DNA from: Entomortierella parvispora E1425
Lineage: Eukaryota; Fungi; Mortierellomycota
Length of the DNA: 64,000 nt
Assembly: GCA_020891255.1 (NCBI GenBank)
Contig: BQFW01000010.1
Span: 124,001 to 188,000 of the forward strand
Direction: 5' to 3'
Shown: piece after piece, positions 22,272 through 33,658 of the stretch
Position numbering within the stretch: the first letter of the stretch is position 1
Layout of the letters: each line of letters starts with the position of its first letter
Notes under the pieces: generated by a model
Databases searched by the model: none
The model's input: only the letters and a program-made list of their open reading frames with translations
Told to the model about the DNA's origin: nothing
Made by a program: the position numbers and the translations under genes

Positions 22272-25213
22272 ATGCCCTCGACCGCCGACCCCTCTCGCCC
22301 GGGCCAACCACACCAGTCTATTTCTGTTCGGACATCCAGCCCGCCCCCAGCTATGCCACCCCCGCCAATGCGATCGCTCTCGCCCGAGGAACTGTTGGCC
22401 CAAACATCGCTGCTCGACAACCTCATGGACGATATCGGCATGGGCAAATTCCAGAAGCAGCTCATGGTATATCTGCGGTTCAGTTTACTCGGTGACAGAG
22501 AGGATGAACTATGAGGCGTCTGGATCGTATCGTTGCAGTAAATATCCTAGGGCTTACCGCGCTCCCTTCTTCTCTTTTTCCTTGGACAGTTTCTCTGCGG
22601 TCTGGGCTGGTTTGCTGACAATGTGAGTAGAAAGAGACAATTCTGGGATCAGCCTTGTCGAGAGCATGACCATGACGACAATGCACTAAAAATGATTAAC
22701 TCAAACCCCTCCTTGCCGTTGGGTCGTGGATCGTCCTAGATGTGGATGCAAGTAAGAAAGACATGGACATGAACAGTTGTTCTGCATCCAGCCCTACTCA
22801 CCCCTCCCCCTCTTGTTCCTGTCTGCAGTGCATCGCATTGATTCTCCCACGCGTCCAGGGTAAGCCGTTGTCCCTCATGTTTAATTTTTTCGCCCCTTGT
22901 CGCCACTGTTTGCCCCGGAACAAACGCCGATGAGCCCCCGATTCCACTAGCGCTAGTCTGTCCTTCTCTGAACTAACAAAAAACGCCCATTTTGTCTCCA
23001 TTCACCCGTCCTGCTTTCGGAAAAAAAGACCAGTTCGAGATCCAGGACAAGTACATCGGCATTCTCTCCAGCTCCATGTTCGTAGGGATGATGTTTGGCG
23101 CCATGTTCTGGGGCATGCTCGCTGATGCATATGGGCGCAAGCAGGCGTTCAACTTTACGTTGATTGTGACCACCTTCTTTGGAATCGCAGCCAGCTTTGC
23201 AAACTCGTACTGGCTTCTATGTCTCTTGATCCTCGGACTGGGCTTTGGGGTAAGTCATCGATCGAGCGCACCACGGGTGGCCAGGAGGTCGCGAAGAGGG
23301 GCAGAGCTTGGACCCTTGAAACGCCGCCTGTTACTAAGCAACTCGATTGACCTTTGTTGTTGTTGACTACTTGTGTAGGTTGGTGGAAACATGCCGGTGA
23401 GTCGTTTTGATATTTGCGCAGATCAGCAGCACATCGGCTGCGCGCTTTTGTCTTGATCTCTCCCCCCCCCCCCCTTTCACCGCAGTTCTTGTCGCTAATG
23501 TTTGAACACAATCCCTAATAGGTCGATGGTAATCACCAATTGCACAATGGGGTTGTTGGCATTGGAATTGAATGACGCTGTGACACTAGATCGCTGGATC
23601 GCTCGATCGCTGATTTCTTTTTTCTGTTTCCCTGGCCGTGTCTTTTTCTGCATAGGCGCTTTATTTCTGGAATTTACGCCCAAGAAGAACCAGTATCTGT
23701 TGACGTTCCTCTCCATCTTTTTCTCATTTGGAGCAGTAGCCACCTCTTTGCTTGGCTACTTTTTGCTTCCTCCATTCAGTTGTGAAACACATGTCGAGGG
23801 AGGATGCCGGGGACGAGGATGGCGATACATGCTTCTCGCCCTCGGTGGTTTGGTAGGTTCTTTGTGGATAACGTATTAGCCAACACTTTTTAGAGACTGA
23901 TATTTTCGAGATCTAACCTGAGGCTTTCTACTCGATCATAGACACTCTCAATGGTAGTTGGAAGAGTTATTTTGTTCAGACTGGAGGAATCGCCAAAGTT
24001 TTTACTGAACCATAACAGACATCAAGAAGCCGCTGTGGTCTTGTGTCGGATATTCGAGATCAACCACAAGGAACCCCAGTCCGACAATTTTGAAGAGAAT
24101 ATTGAGGCACTCACGACCCGCTTCCAACAACCTGACACAGGAATCTATTCTGGAGAAGAGTCATCGTCCTCGGAATCAGAGTCCAGTGACGCAGGCACAT
24201 CACCGACAGAGTTTGGGAACATGCGAAGGGTCCCCACCTCCGATCCGGACTCGGCTCTGTCCCGTCACCGTCGACTGGGTTCCAACCAAACGGGGGGGCC
24301 TCACTCTCACGAGCCGGGGACTCGACCCTCGTACTTTGCGCGACAACGGCGACACTGGAAACACAAGTGGAACACGGCATTGCGGCGGCTGGAACCCCTG
24401 CTGGCGCCCAAATTTCGTTTGAGCACGATTTTGATCTGGATCATTTGGGCGTTGGTCGCCTTTGCCTATACAGCCTTCAACGTCTTTTACCCAAAGTTCT
24501 TGCAGGAGCATGGACAGACAGGCAATGAGTCTTTGAAGCAAGTATACCAAGATATGATAGTCTACTCACTATCAGGTGTCCCTGGGTCTGTGGTAAGTCT
24601 GTCTGTTCATCTTGTGGAGACATGACCTAGCGATATCGCTGACTCTCACCTCTCCTTTTTTTTTTTTTTTTTTTTTTTTTTTTGGATGTCCCGCTCCACG
24701 ACGCTTCTCTCTAGCTTGCGACATATATGGTCGAGACATTCTTGGGAAGACGGTACACAATGGCCGTTTCAACATTTGGCACAGCGCTGTCTGTGATTTT
24801 GTTCGCCTTCTTGTCCAGTCATACAGTCAGTGTTGTCGTCTCTGCAATTCTTAGTCTGTTGTCGACCTTGAACTACGCCGTCATATACTCTTACACGCCT
24901 GAGGTATTCCCGTCTGAGATCCGAGGCACGGCTTGTGGTGTCGCGGCGGCCATGTCACGTTTGTAAGTTTTCTACTTTTTTTTTTTTTTTTTTTGCTTGG
25001 ACTAAGCTTGAGAGAGTGCCATTGCGACGACTGACTGCTTTCCTCTTTCACAACTTTTGCAATAGAGCTGGAATCGTGTCGCCGTTGATTGTCGGTGCCA
25101 TGTTGACAGTGAACACCTCGTTCCCGCTGTATGCTTCCGCGCTGACGTTCCTGATTTCTGGTATCTGCATGGTCTTTTTACCCATTGAGACTAGAGGAAG
25201 GGCTGCGACATAA
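22272..25213 (+). CDS. MFS transporter, SV2/SVOP-like, multi-exon with microexons
   Basis: Spliced LMDDIGMGKFQKQLM|FLCGLGWFADN|MWMQ|CIALILPRVQ, WGMLADAYGRK (MFS motif A), G|VGGNMP|VDG|ALFLEF, GWRY, ESPKFL, YSYTPEVFPSEIRGTACG, LPIETRG. Confidence 0.92.
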
Positions 25214-25640
25214 TACCCTCTCATTCCTGTCCTCGGTCGGTCCTTTACTTTGAGCAGTTGGATCCTTCTCCACTATTTATTCACTAGAACGACAGGAATG
25301 CAACCTTGTAATATAGACAAATGAATACAATACCACTCCCAAATCCACTAACTGCCACAATAGGGGGGAAGGGGGGGAAAGCGCTCCTCTCATGAGTTTC
25401 TTGTTGATTGGGCAAAAGGATGTCTAGGGTCAGGGAATGTCTAGGGTCAATTGAAGCAAGAATTGGAATGTATACAGACACTTTTGTTGCATAATTCCCA
25501 TGCAAGGCAATCTTGATAAGGTGAAGGGTCGACAGAAAGCTTTATCAAGGGTCAATCGTTTGGCAAGAAGATCTACTCATGGGTATATACGATAGACTGC
25601 TATGCTGCTATGTTCACCCTACGTGGTGCTCGATGCTGGC

Positions 25641-26366
25641 TTAGAAGCCCACCTGAATGTCGTAGCCATCTGGCAACTTCTTCAAGATGAATCCGGCCTT
25701 GCCAACGCAGTCGCCGTACTCGTACACACTGGTGATCTCTCCGCCGCTGGCGCCCTTGGTCCTCGAGGTGGGGTTATAAAAGATGACCTCTGTCTTCGGC
25801 AAGGATTCGCAAGTGTGCGCGGGCTGACCGTCCCAGATGTAGTACTCCACAAAGCCCATCTGTCCATTGACAATCTTTCCAGCCCCGGCAGGCAAAGTCC
25901 ATTCACCAATCACGAACGACTTTTTCGTGACCGTATCGGTCAAGGTCCCTCGCCAGGTCGTGCGGCCAATGTTCCTAACTTCAATGCTATAGGTATGGTT
26001 GTAGTCGCCGGGGATATCGAGGGCACAGCTCACACCAGGGCCGCCATCTGCACCTGCGTGACAGTTCTTGTGACGGGTGGTGGTCCCGGCCTGGAAGGAG
26101 GAGAAGGCGGCGTGGACCACGCTCTTGCCGTTGACGTCTTCGCGGGGCTGGAGGCCCGTGTAGCCGACATCGGTGACGTTTTTGAAATTGAACTGTTCTG
26201 CAAAATAAAAGCCGCTTTTGTGAGGGGCCTTGGCCATGTTGAAGGCGAACGAGATGTCGTTCAAACCATCCGCGGGGGCGGTCTTGAAACTCCAGTTGTC
26301 GCCGACGAGTCCAAAGGCGAGAGAAGGGGCGCAGAGCGCGAGAAGAACAGCGGCATTGAGCTTCAT
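25641..26366 (-). CDS. Secreted 241-aa beta-rich protein of unknown function, copy 1
   Basis: ATG at 26366, signal peptide MKLNAAVLLALCAPSLA, intronless, four Cys in the mature part, GYTGLQPR, GADGGPGVSC, GFVEYY. Confidence 0.88.
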   Translation of the reverse strand: MKLNAAVLLALCAPSLAFGLVGDNWSFKTAPADGLNDISFAFNMAKAPHKSGFYFAEQFNFKNVTDVGYTGLQPREDVNGKSVVHAAFSSFQAGTTTRHKNCHAGADGGPGVSCALDIPGDYNHTYSIEVRNIGRTTWRGTLTDTVTKKSFVIGEWTLPAGAGKIVNGQMGFVEYYIWDGQPAHTCESLPKTEVIFYNPTSRTKGASGGEITSVYEYGDCVGKAGFILKKLPDGYDIQVGF

Positions 26367-27685
26367 GGTGGAGGTTTTGTTTGCTTGAGAAGGAGATGTG
26401 GAGGTCAATGATGGAGGAAGTTGGAGTTGGGTTACCCCCTTTTATCAACTTTTTTTTTTTTTTACATTCTCTTTCGTACCTGAAAATGCGCCCGTTCAGC
26501 GTCACTAATCCCTGGGATTCCCATGTTCCAGAAAAGGCCAAACTAACAAACACAGCAGAATACCAACATTGTTGGCAATGTAGATCCCTCTTTCCAATAT
26601 TGCCCAAATGTACTCCCTCATGTAAAGAGATAGAGAGAGAGAAATGGAGCTTTTTTGTCTGACTAACTGCTGGCCCACTCTGTTGTATGTTGGCCCTCCC
26701 AGCAGCAGGGTCAGAAACCATCAGGGTCCACAATTTGCTGCAGTTTACTGACTTCTATCGTGAAAACCAACTCAGACGACGTGCAATGCATATGACCCTT
26801 CCATTCTACATTGAGAGAGCTACCTCAGTTTGCATAGCCTGGTCTCACTCTTTTATTTTCGCATTTTCATACCTCTTAGTGATATGACAAGGTAGCTGGA
26901 AGCTTGGACTAGCGTCGAAACGAAACGAGTTTTTTTTTTTTCTTTTTTTTGGTTGGGCTACTCTCTCTCTTGAGGGCCTGACTAATCCACCTTGAATTCG
27001 AGAAGCGCCCTTTGATGTCGAACTGTAGTGCTGTACTCCATGGCTACCATGGTCGTTACGCAAAGGACCCGGTTCTTGATGGCGCGATCTCTATATTCGT
27101 AGTCGTTGGTGGTTTCACAGCCTCTGCAGCCCTTTGGCCATCCTTGTTGGATAGTGAAAAGCCACTTCAATGTTGAGAAGTGGTAAATGCTGTTGATACG
27201 CTAGACTGGTCGATCCTTGGTGGGTACTCCAAAGTCCATCTATGTTTGGGCAATGATCCCGACCCCCCTCTTGTGAGTACATGCCCCTGTCTGCCATGCC
27301 CCTCTCTACGATTATCAATCACTGCGTCAAGCTAGATATAATTCTGGGTCGTGTGAATATTCTCCGATTCTGGACTGAGGGGCTTGGCTGTAGTCCCACA
27401 CTTCGTCTATGGTTGCAAAGAACAACCCACGCAGACCATCTGTCCACACCCAATGGCTATTCTTTCTAGATATGGACAGGAGTTAGGATATACCTTCAGT
27501 TCTAGAGAATCCGTACTTGTGTGGGCCGATGGCTTCGTTAGGAAGGAACAAAGATCCTGAGGTCGATGCCTGGGAGCGACAGAAACGACCTCGCACGCCA
27601 TGGATGCCACCAAGCGCACCGCCGCATCCCATGCGGGCGCCTCTCTTCGTGAGGGCAAAGCAACACGGGGAGCAAGCGGGAGGGA

Positions 27686-28261
27686 CATACTCTCACGGGC
27701 CGCCGGGGACTCGACCATCGTACTTTGCGCTACAACGGCGACACTAGAAACACAAATGGAACATGGCATTGCGGCGGCTGGAACAACTACTGGCGTCCAA
27801 ATTTCGTTTGAGCACAATTTTGATCTGGATCATTTGGGCGTTGGTCGCCTTTGCCTACACGGCCTTCAACGTCTTTTACCCAAAGTTCTTGCAGGAGCAT
27901 GGACAAGCGGGCAACGTTTGTACTACGCCGTCTTGTACTCTTACACATCCGGGGTGTTTCCATACGAGATTCGAGGCACAGCCTGCGGTGTCGCAGAGGC
28001 CATGTCACGTTTGTAAGCTTTCTACTTTTTTTCTTCTTTTTCCTTTGAGCGAGCTTGAGAGAGCGCCATTGCAACGACTCACTGGTTTCCATTTTCACAA
28101 CCTTTTGCAATAGAGCTGGAATCGTGTCGCCGTTGATTGTCGGTGCCATGATGGAAGTGAATACCTCGTTCTCACTATGTGCTTCCGCGCCGACGTTCCT
28201 GATCTCTGGTATCTGTATGGTCTCTTTTCCCATTGAGGATAGAGGAAGGGCTTCAGAATAA
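27686..28261 (+). pseudogene. Internally deleted copy of the MFS 3' end
   Basis: Matches about 24305-24530 joined directly to about 24872-25213 (deletion of about 340 bp). It keeps the last intron and carries substitutions. Confidence 0.9.
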
Positions 28262-28684
28262 TACCCTCTTGCTCCCCTCCCTGGTCGGCCGTTTACTTTG
28301 AGCAGTTCGACCCCTCTCTCTACTATTTATTCTCTAGAATGCCTGGAATCTACCCTTGTTACATACACAAATGACAAATGAATATAATATCAATCCCAGT
28401 CGCCCGAAAAACCTCTCCGCTGACTGCCACAATGGGGGGTGATGGAGAAGCGCTGAACTCATGAGTCTCTCGTTGATTGGGCAAGGGAATGCCAAGGGTC
28501 AACTGTGGCTAGAAATGAAAGGCGTGATTGTCCGTCAAACATTTTTGTTGTATAACGTCTCATTGCTGAGGATGAACGGTCGAGGTAAACACTTGCTCAA
28601 CTGTCAATCGTTTGGCAAGAAGATCTATTCATTGGTATATACGATAGACTGCTATGTTCACTCTACGTGGAGCCTGATACCGGC

Positions 28685-29410
28685 TTAGAAGCCAACCTTG
28701 ATGTCATAGCCGTTCGACAACTTCTTCAAATTGTATCCGGCCTTGCCAATACAGTCGCCGTACTCGTACACCTTGGTGACCGCTCCGCCGCTGGCGCCCC
28801 TGGTCCTTGAGGTGGGGTTGTAGAAGATGGCCTCCGTCTTGGGCAAGGAATCGCAAGTGTGCGAGGGTTGACCGTTCCAGATGTAGTACTCCACAAAGCC
28901 CACCTGTCCATTGACAAGCTTTCCAGCCCCGGCAGGCAAAGTCCATTCACCAATCACGTACGACCTTTTCGTGACCATATCGGTCATGGTGCCTCGCCAG
29001 GTCGTGCGGCCAATGTTCCTGACCTCAATGTTGTAGGTGTGGTTGTAGTCGCCGGGGACATCGATGGCACAGCTCACACCAGGGCCACCATCCGCGCCTT
29101 GGTAACAGTTCCTGTGACGAGTGGTGGTCCCGGCCTGGAAGGAGGAAAAGGCGGCGTGGACCACGTTCTTGCCATTGGCGTTGGGGCGGGGCTGGAGACC
29201 TGTGTAGCCGACATCGGTGACGTTGTGGAAATTGAACTGTTGGGCGAAATAAAAGCCGCTGGTAGTAGGGGCCTTGGCCATGTTGAAGGGGAACGTGATG
29301 TCGTTCAAACCGTCCGCGGGGGCGGTCTTGAAACTCCAGTCGTTGCCGACGAGGCCAAAGGCGAGAGAAGGAGCGCAGAGCGCGAGAAGAGCGGCGGCAG
29401 AGAGCTTCAT
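28685..29410 (-). CDS. Secreted 241-aa protein, copy 2
   Basis: ATG at 29410, MKLSAAALLALCAPSLA, 726 nt, colinear with copy 1. Confidence 0.88.
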   Translation of the reverse strand: MKLSAAALLALCAPSLAFGLVGNDWSFKTAPADGLNDITFPFNMAKAPTTSGFYFAQQFNFHNVTDVGYTGLQPRPNANGKNVVHAAFSSFQAGTTTRHRNCYQGADGGPGVSCAIDVPGDYNHTYNIEVRNIGRTTWRGTMTDMVTKRSYVIGEWTLPAGAGKLVNGQVGFVEYYIWNGQPSHTCDSLPKTEAIFYNPTSRTRGASGGAVTKVYEYGDCIGKAGYNLKKLSNGYDIKVGF

Positions 29411-30813
29411 AGTGGAGAAAGAGAAGAGAATAAGTAGGAAGGAGGTTTTGTTTGTTGGAGAAGGAGTTGTGGAGGTCAATGATGGAGGAAGTTGGGGTTG
29501 GGTTGCCCCCTTTTATCAACTTTTTTTTTCGTACCTGAAAATGCGCCCGTTCAGTGTCATTAATCCCTGGGGTTCCCATATTCAAGAGGCCAAATTAGCA
29601 AACACAGCAGAATACCAACATTGTTGGTAATGCAGATCACTCCTTCCCCTATTGCCCAAATGTACTCCCTCATGTAGAGAGATATAGAGAAAAAATGGAA
29701 AGTACAGCTTTTTTGTCTGACTAACTGCTGGCCCACTTTGTTGTTTGTTGGCCCTCTCAGCAGCAGGGCCAGAAACCATCAGGGTCCACAATTTGCTGCA
29801 GTTTACTGACTTCTATCGTGAAAACCAACTCAGACAACGTGCAATGCCTATGATCCTTCCATTCTACATTGAGAGAGCTACCTCAGTTTGCATAGCTTGG
29901 TCTCACTCTTTTATTTTCGCATTTTCGCCTCTTTGTGGGATGGGATGGTCACACAAGCAATACAACATGCCAAAGGGTAATTTCGAGCGTGGACGCAAAG
30001 TTATATTGATGCCATGGTATCTCTTGGTGATATGATAAGGTAGCTGGAAACTTGGACTAGCGTCGAAAAAACGAAACGAGCTTTTTTGTGTGGGCTACTC
30101 TCTCTCTTGAGGGCCTGACTAATCCACCTTGAGTTCAAAAAGCGCCTTTTGATGTCGAACTGTAGTGCTGTTCTCCATGGCTACCATGGTCGTTACGCCA
30201 AGGACCCGGTCTTGATAGCGCGATCTCTACATTCGTACTCGTTTGGTGGTTTCACAGCCGCTGCGGCCTTTTGGCCTTTCCATGTTGTATAGTAGAAAAG
30301 CCACTTCTAAGTTGAGTGGTGATGGGCAAGACTGGTCAATTCCTGGCAGGTATTCCAAAGTCTATCTATGTTTGGGCAATGATCATGACCCCCTCTTGTG
30401 AGTACATGCCCTCGGTCGGCCCTTTGCTTTGAGCAGTTGGATCCCTGTCCACTATTTATTCTCTAGAACGACAGGAATGTAATCTTGCAACATAGACAAA
30501 TGAATATAATATCAATCCTAATCGCTTGCAAGACCTCTCCGCTGACTGCCACAATACGGGCGGAGAAGCGCTGAACTCATGACTTTCTTGTTCATTGGGC
30601 AATGGAATATCTAGGATCAATTGAGGCGAGAAATGAAAGGCATGTTGTTGGGCAGACACTTTTGTTGTGTAACATCATCTCGACAAGGTGGATGGTCGAG
30701 GGAAACGGTCGAGGGAAACACTTTCTCAACTGTCAGTTGTTTGGCAAGAAGATCTATTCATTGGTATATACTATAGACTACTATGTTCACTCTACGTAGC
30801 GCCTGATGCTGGT

Positions 30814-31539
30814 TTAGAAGCCAACCTTGATGTCATAGCCATTCGACACCTTCTTCAATTTGTATCCGGCCTTGCCAATGCAGTCGCCGTACTCGTACAC
30901 CTTGGTGACCGCTCCGCCGCTGGCGCCCTTGGTCTTTGAGGTGGGGTTGTAGAAGATGGCCTCTGTCTTGGGCAAGGAATCGCAAGTGTGCGAGGGTTGA
31001 CCGTTCCAGATGTAGTACTCCACAAAGCCCACCTGTCCATTGACAAGCTTTCCAGCCCCGGCAGGCAAAGTCCATTCACCAATCACGATCGACTTGTTCT
31101 TGACCGTATCGGTCATGGTCCCTCTCCAGGTCGTGCCGCCGATGTTCTTGACCTCAATGTTGTAGGTATGTCTGTAGTTACCGGGGACTTCGATGGCACA
31201 GCTCACACCAGGGCCGCCATCTGCGCCTTGGTAACAGTTCTTGTGACGGGTGGTGGTCCCGGCCTGGAAGGAGGAAAAGGCGGCGTGGACCACGTTCTTG
31301 CCATTGGCGTTGGGGCGGGGCTGGAGACCCGTGTAGCCGACATCGGTTACGTTGTGGAAATTGAACTGTTGGGCGAAATAAAAGCCGCTGGTAGTAGGGG
31401 CCTTGGCCATGTTGAAGGGGAACGTGATGTCGTTCAAACCGTCCGCGGGGGCGGTCTTGAAACTCCAGTCGTTGCCGACGAGGCCAAAGGCGAGAGAAGG
31501 AGCGCAGAGCGCGAGAAGAGCGGCGGCAGAGAGCTTCAT
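30814..31539 (-). CDS. Secreted 241-aa protein, copy 3
   Basis: 726-nt ORF; the N-terminal half is identical in protein to copy 2. Confidence 0.88.
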   Translation of the reverse strand: MKLSAAALLALCAPSLAFGLVGNDWSFKTAPADGLNDITFPFNMAKAPTTSGFYFAQQFNFHNVTDVGYTGLQPRPNANGKNVVHAAFSSFQAGTTTRHKNCYQGADGGPGVSCAIEVPGNYRHTYNIEVKNIGGTTWRGTMTDTVKNKSIVIGEWTLPAGAGKLVNGQVGFVEYYIWNGQPSHTCDSLPKTEAIFYNPTSKTKGASGGAVTKVYEYGDCIGKAGYKLKKVSNGYDIKVGF

Positions 31540-33658
31540 AGTGGAGGAAGAGAAGAGACTAAGTGGGAAGGTTTGTTTGCTGAAAGAAGAATTGTGGAGG
31601 TCAATGTTGGAACAAGTTGGGGTTGGGTTGCTCCCTTTTATCAGTTTTTTTTTCTTTTTCGTTCCTGAAATTGAGCCCGTTGGGTGTCATTAACCCCTGG
31701 GATTTCCATGTTCGAGAGAAGGCCAACCTAACAAACAAAGTTGGAAAACCAACAATTAAGAGCAGATCACTCCTTCCCCCATTGCCCAAATGGGCTCCCA
31801 CCCTCATTTAGAGAGATAGAGCTTTTTTTGTCTTACAAACTGCAGGCCCACTTTGTTGTTTGTTGGCCCCCCAGCGACAGGGCCAGAAACCATCAGGGTC
31901 CACAATTTGCTGCAATTGACTGACTTCCATCGTGAAAACCAACTCAGACAACGTGCAATGCATATGACCCCTCCATTCTACATTGAGAGAGCTACCTCAG
32001 TTTGCATAGCTTGGTCTCACTCTTTTATTTTCGCATTTTGGCCTCTTTGTGGGATGGGATGGTCACACAAACAATACAACATGCCAAAGAGTAATTTCGA
32101 GCGTGGACGCAAAGTTATATTGATGCCATGGTACCTCTTGGTGATATGATAAGGTAGCTGGGAACTTGGACTGGCGACGAAAAACGAAACGAGCTTTTTT
32201 GTGTGGGCTACTCTCTCTCTTGAGGGCCTGATTAATCCACCTTGAGTTCAAAAAGCGCCTTTTGATGTCGAACTGTAGTGCTGTACTCCATGGCTACAAT
32301 GGTCGTTACGCAAAGGACCCGGTTCTTAATGGCGCGATCTCTATATTCGTACTCGTTTGGTGGTTTCACAGCCTCTGTAGCCTTTTGGCCATCGATGTTC
32401 GATAGTAGAAAAGCCACTTCTATGTTGAGGAGAGGTAGATGTAGTAGACGCGCTAGACTGGTCAATCCCTGGTAGATACTCCTAAAGTCCAAAGTTCCCG
32501 ACCCCTTTGAGTGTATACCACTCTCTACGATTACTAATCACTGCGTCAACGTGGGTACTATTCTGGGTCTTGTCATGAATAGTCTCCGACTCTAGACTGT
32601 GGTGCTTGGCTGTAGTACCACAGTTCGTCTACGGTTGAAAAGAACAACCCACCCACACCGCCTCCCTTTAGCTATTCCTACAGGCAGAAAGAAGTTATGA
32701 CATGCCTTCAATTCAAGAGAACCCGCGCTTGTGTGGGGCCACTGGCTTTGTTGGGAGGGAGCAAAGAACCTACGACCGCTCTGCGTTTAGCGGTTTCCGC
32801 CGCCCTGTTCTCCAGTCAGAGAAACGGGCGACAAGATATCGCACGTGATGAACGCCACCAAGCGCACCGCCGCGTCCCATGCGGGCGCGTTTCTTTGCGG
32901 CACAAAAGAAAAGGCAAAGCAAAAGGCAGACGGGGAGGACGCACATGGGTCGAGAGCGCATTGTTTTCGTCCTTCCGCATTTCCCCACGCTCCATTTGTC
33001 CACATTACTCATTCTCCTCTTCATCATCAGGCAGCCTGTCTGCTCGTTTCCTTCTTTCATTTGGTTTCTCCATTCTCTTTCTTCAATTACTCGCCCAGAG
33101 AAACAACTCATTCCATCTCGACTGGCAGAGTGCTTGGAACTGTAGGTAATCTTGACATGGGAAACAGGGCCTGGAGGTAGAGTAGAATCCTTCCCATAGA
33201 TTAACCCCGCCAGGCGCCTTTAGTGTTTCTAGAGGGTCAGTCTATCCTGGATTCGCTACTTTCTGGACTTCACTGCCACCGCAACAAAGAAGCAAAGAAT
33301 CGGTCTTTGACATCTGACTTTTGTACCTTCCGGGCATCCTGACGCTGGTTGGTAGTCGAGGTTGATGCCGGAACTCTTTGTGGTCTAGGAATGTTCTTGT
33401 CTTTAACAGTATTTTCCTCATTACGACCAAAGGGACAACTTTCAGCATCCAGAAGTCAAGCATAGGCTACGCCAGCGCGACCTCAGTAGGAGTAACTTTC
33501 TCAGTCATTCACCTTGCGTCTCAGTCCTGACAGTTGACAAAGGGGATCAAACTGATCCAAAGGTAATGTCATATCTCTACTTTATACCGTTCCTCATGGC
33601 CAGCCATTAATTCTGACATCTGCATTATTGTCAATAGTCTCTCCACAGATTGCAACAG

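Larger units (their letters stand above)
24300..32950. repeat. Tandem segmental triplication (MFS 3' end/downstream region + secreted gene + upstream spacer)
   Basis: Collinear non-coding blocks recur at about 25230/28280/30415 (TTTGAGCAGTT..), 26690/29750/31860 (CCCTC/CCCAGC..GGGTCCACAATTTGCTGCA) and 26985/30120/32235 (CCACCTTGA.TTC). 27590-27680 matches 32845-32940. Confidence 0.9.

Noticed and set aside
21211-22514. Several long ORFs on both strands
   Set aside because: They arise from stop-poor microsatellite tracts. Only ATG 22272 onward is supported, as MFS exon 1.
25602-31668. Plus-strand ORFs 25602-26411, 28859-29437 and 30988-31668
   Set aside because: These are antisense shadows of the high-GC3 secreted genes.
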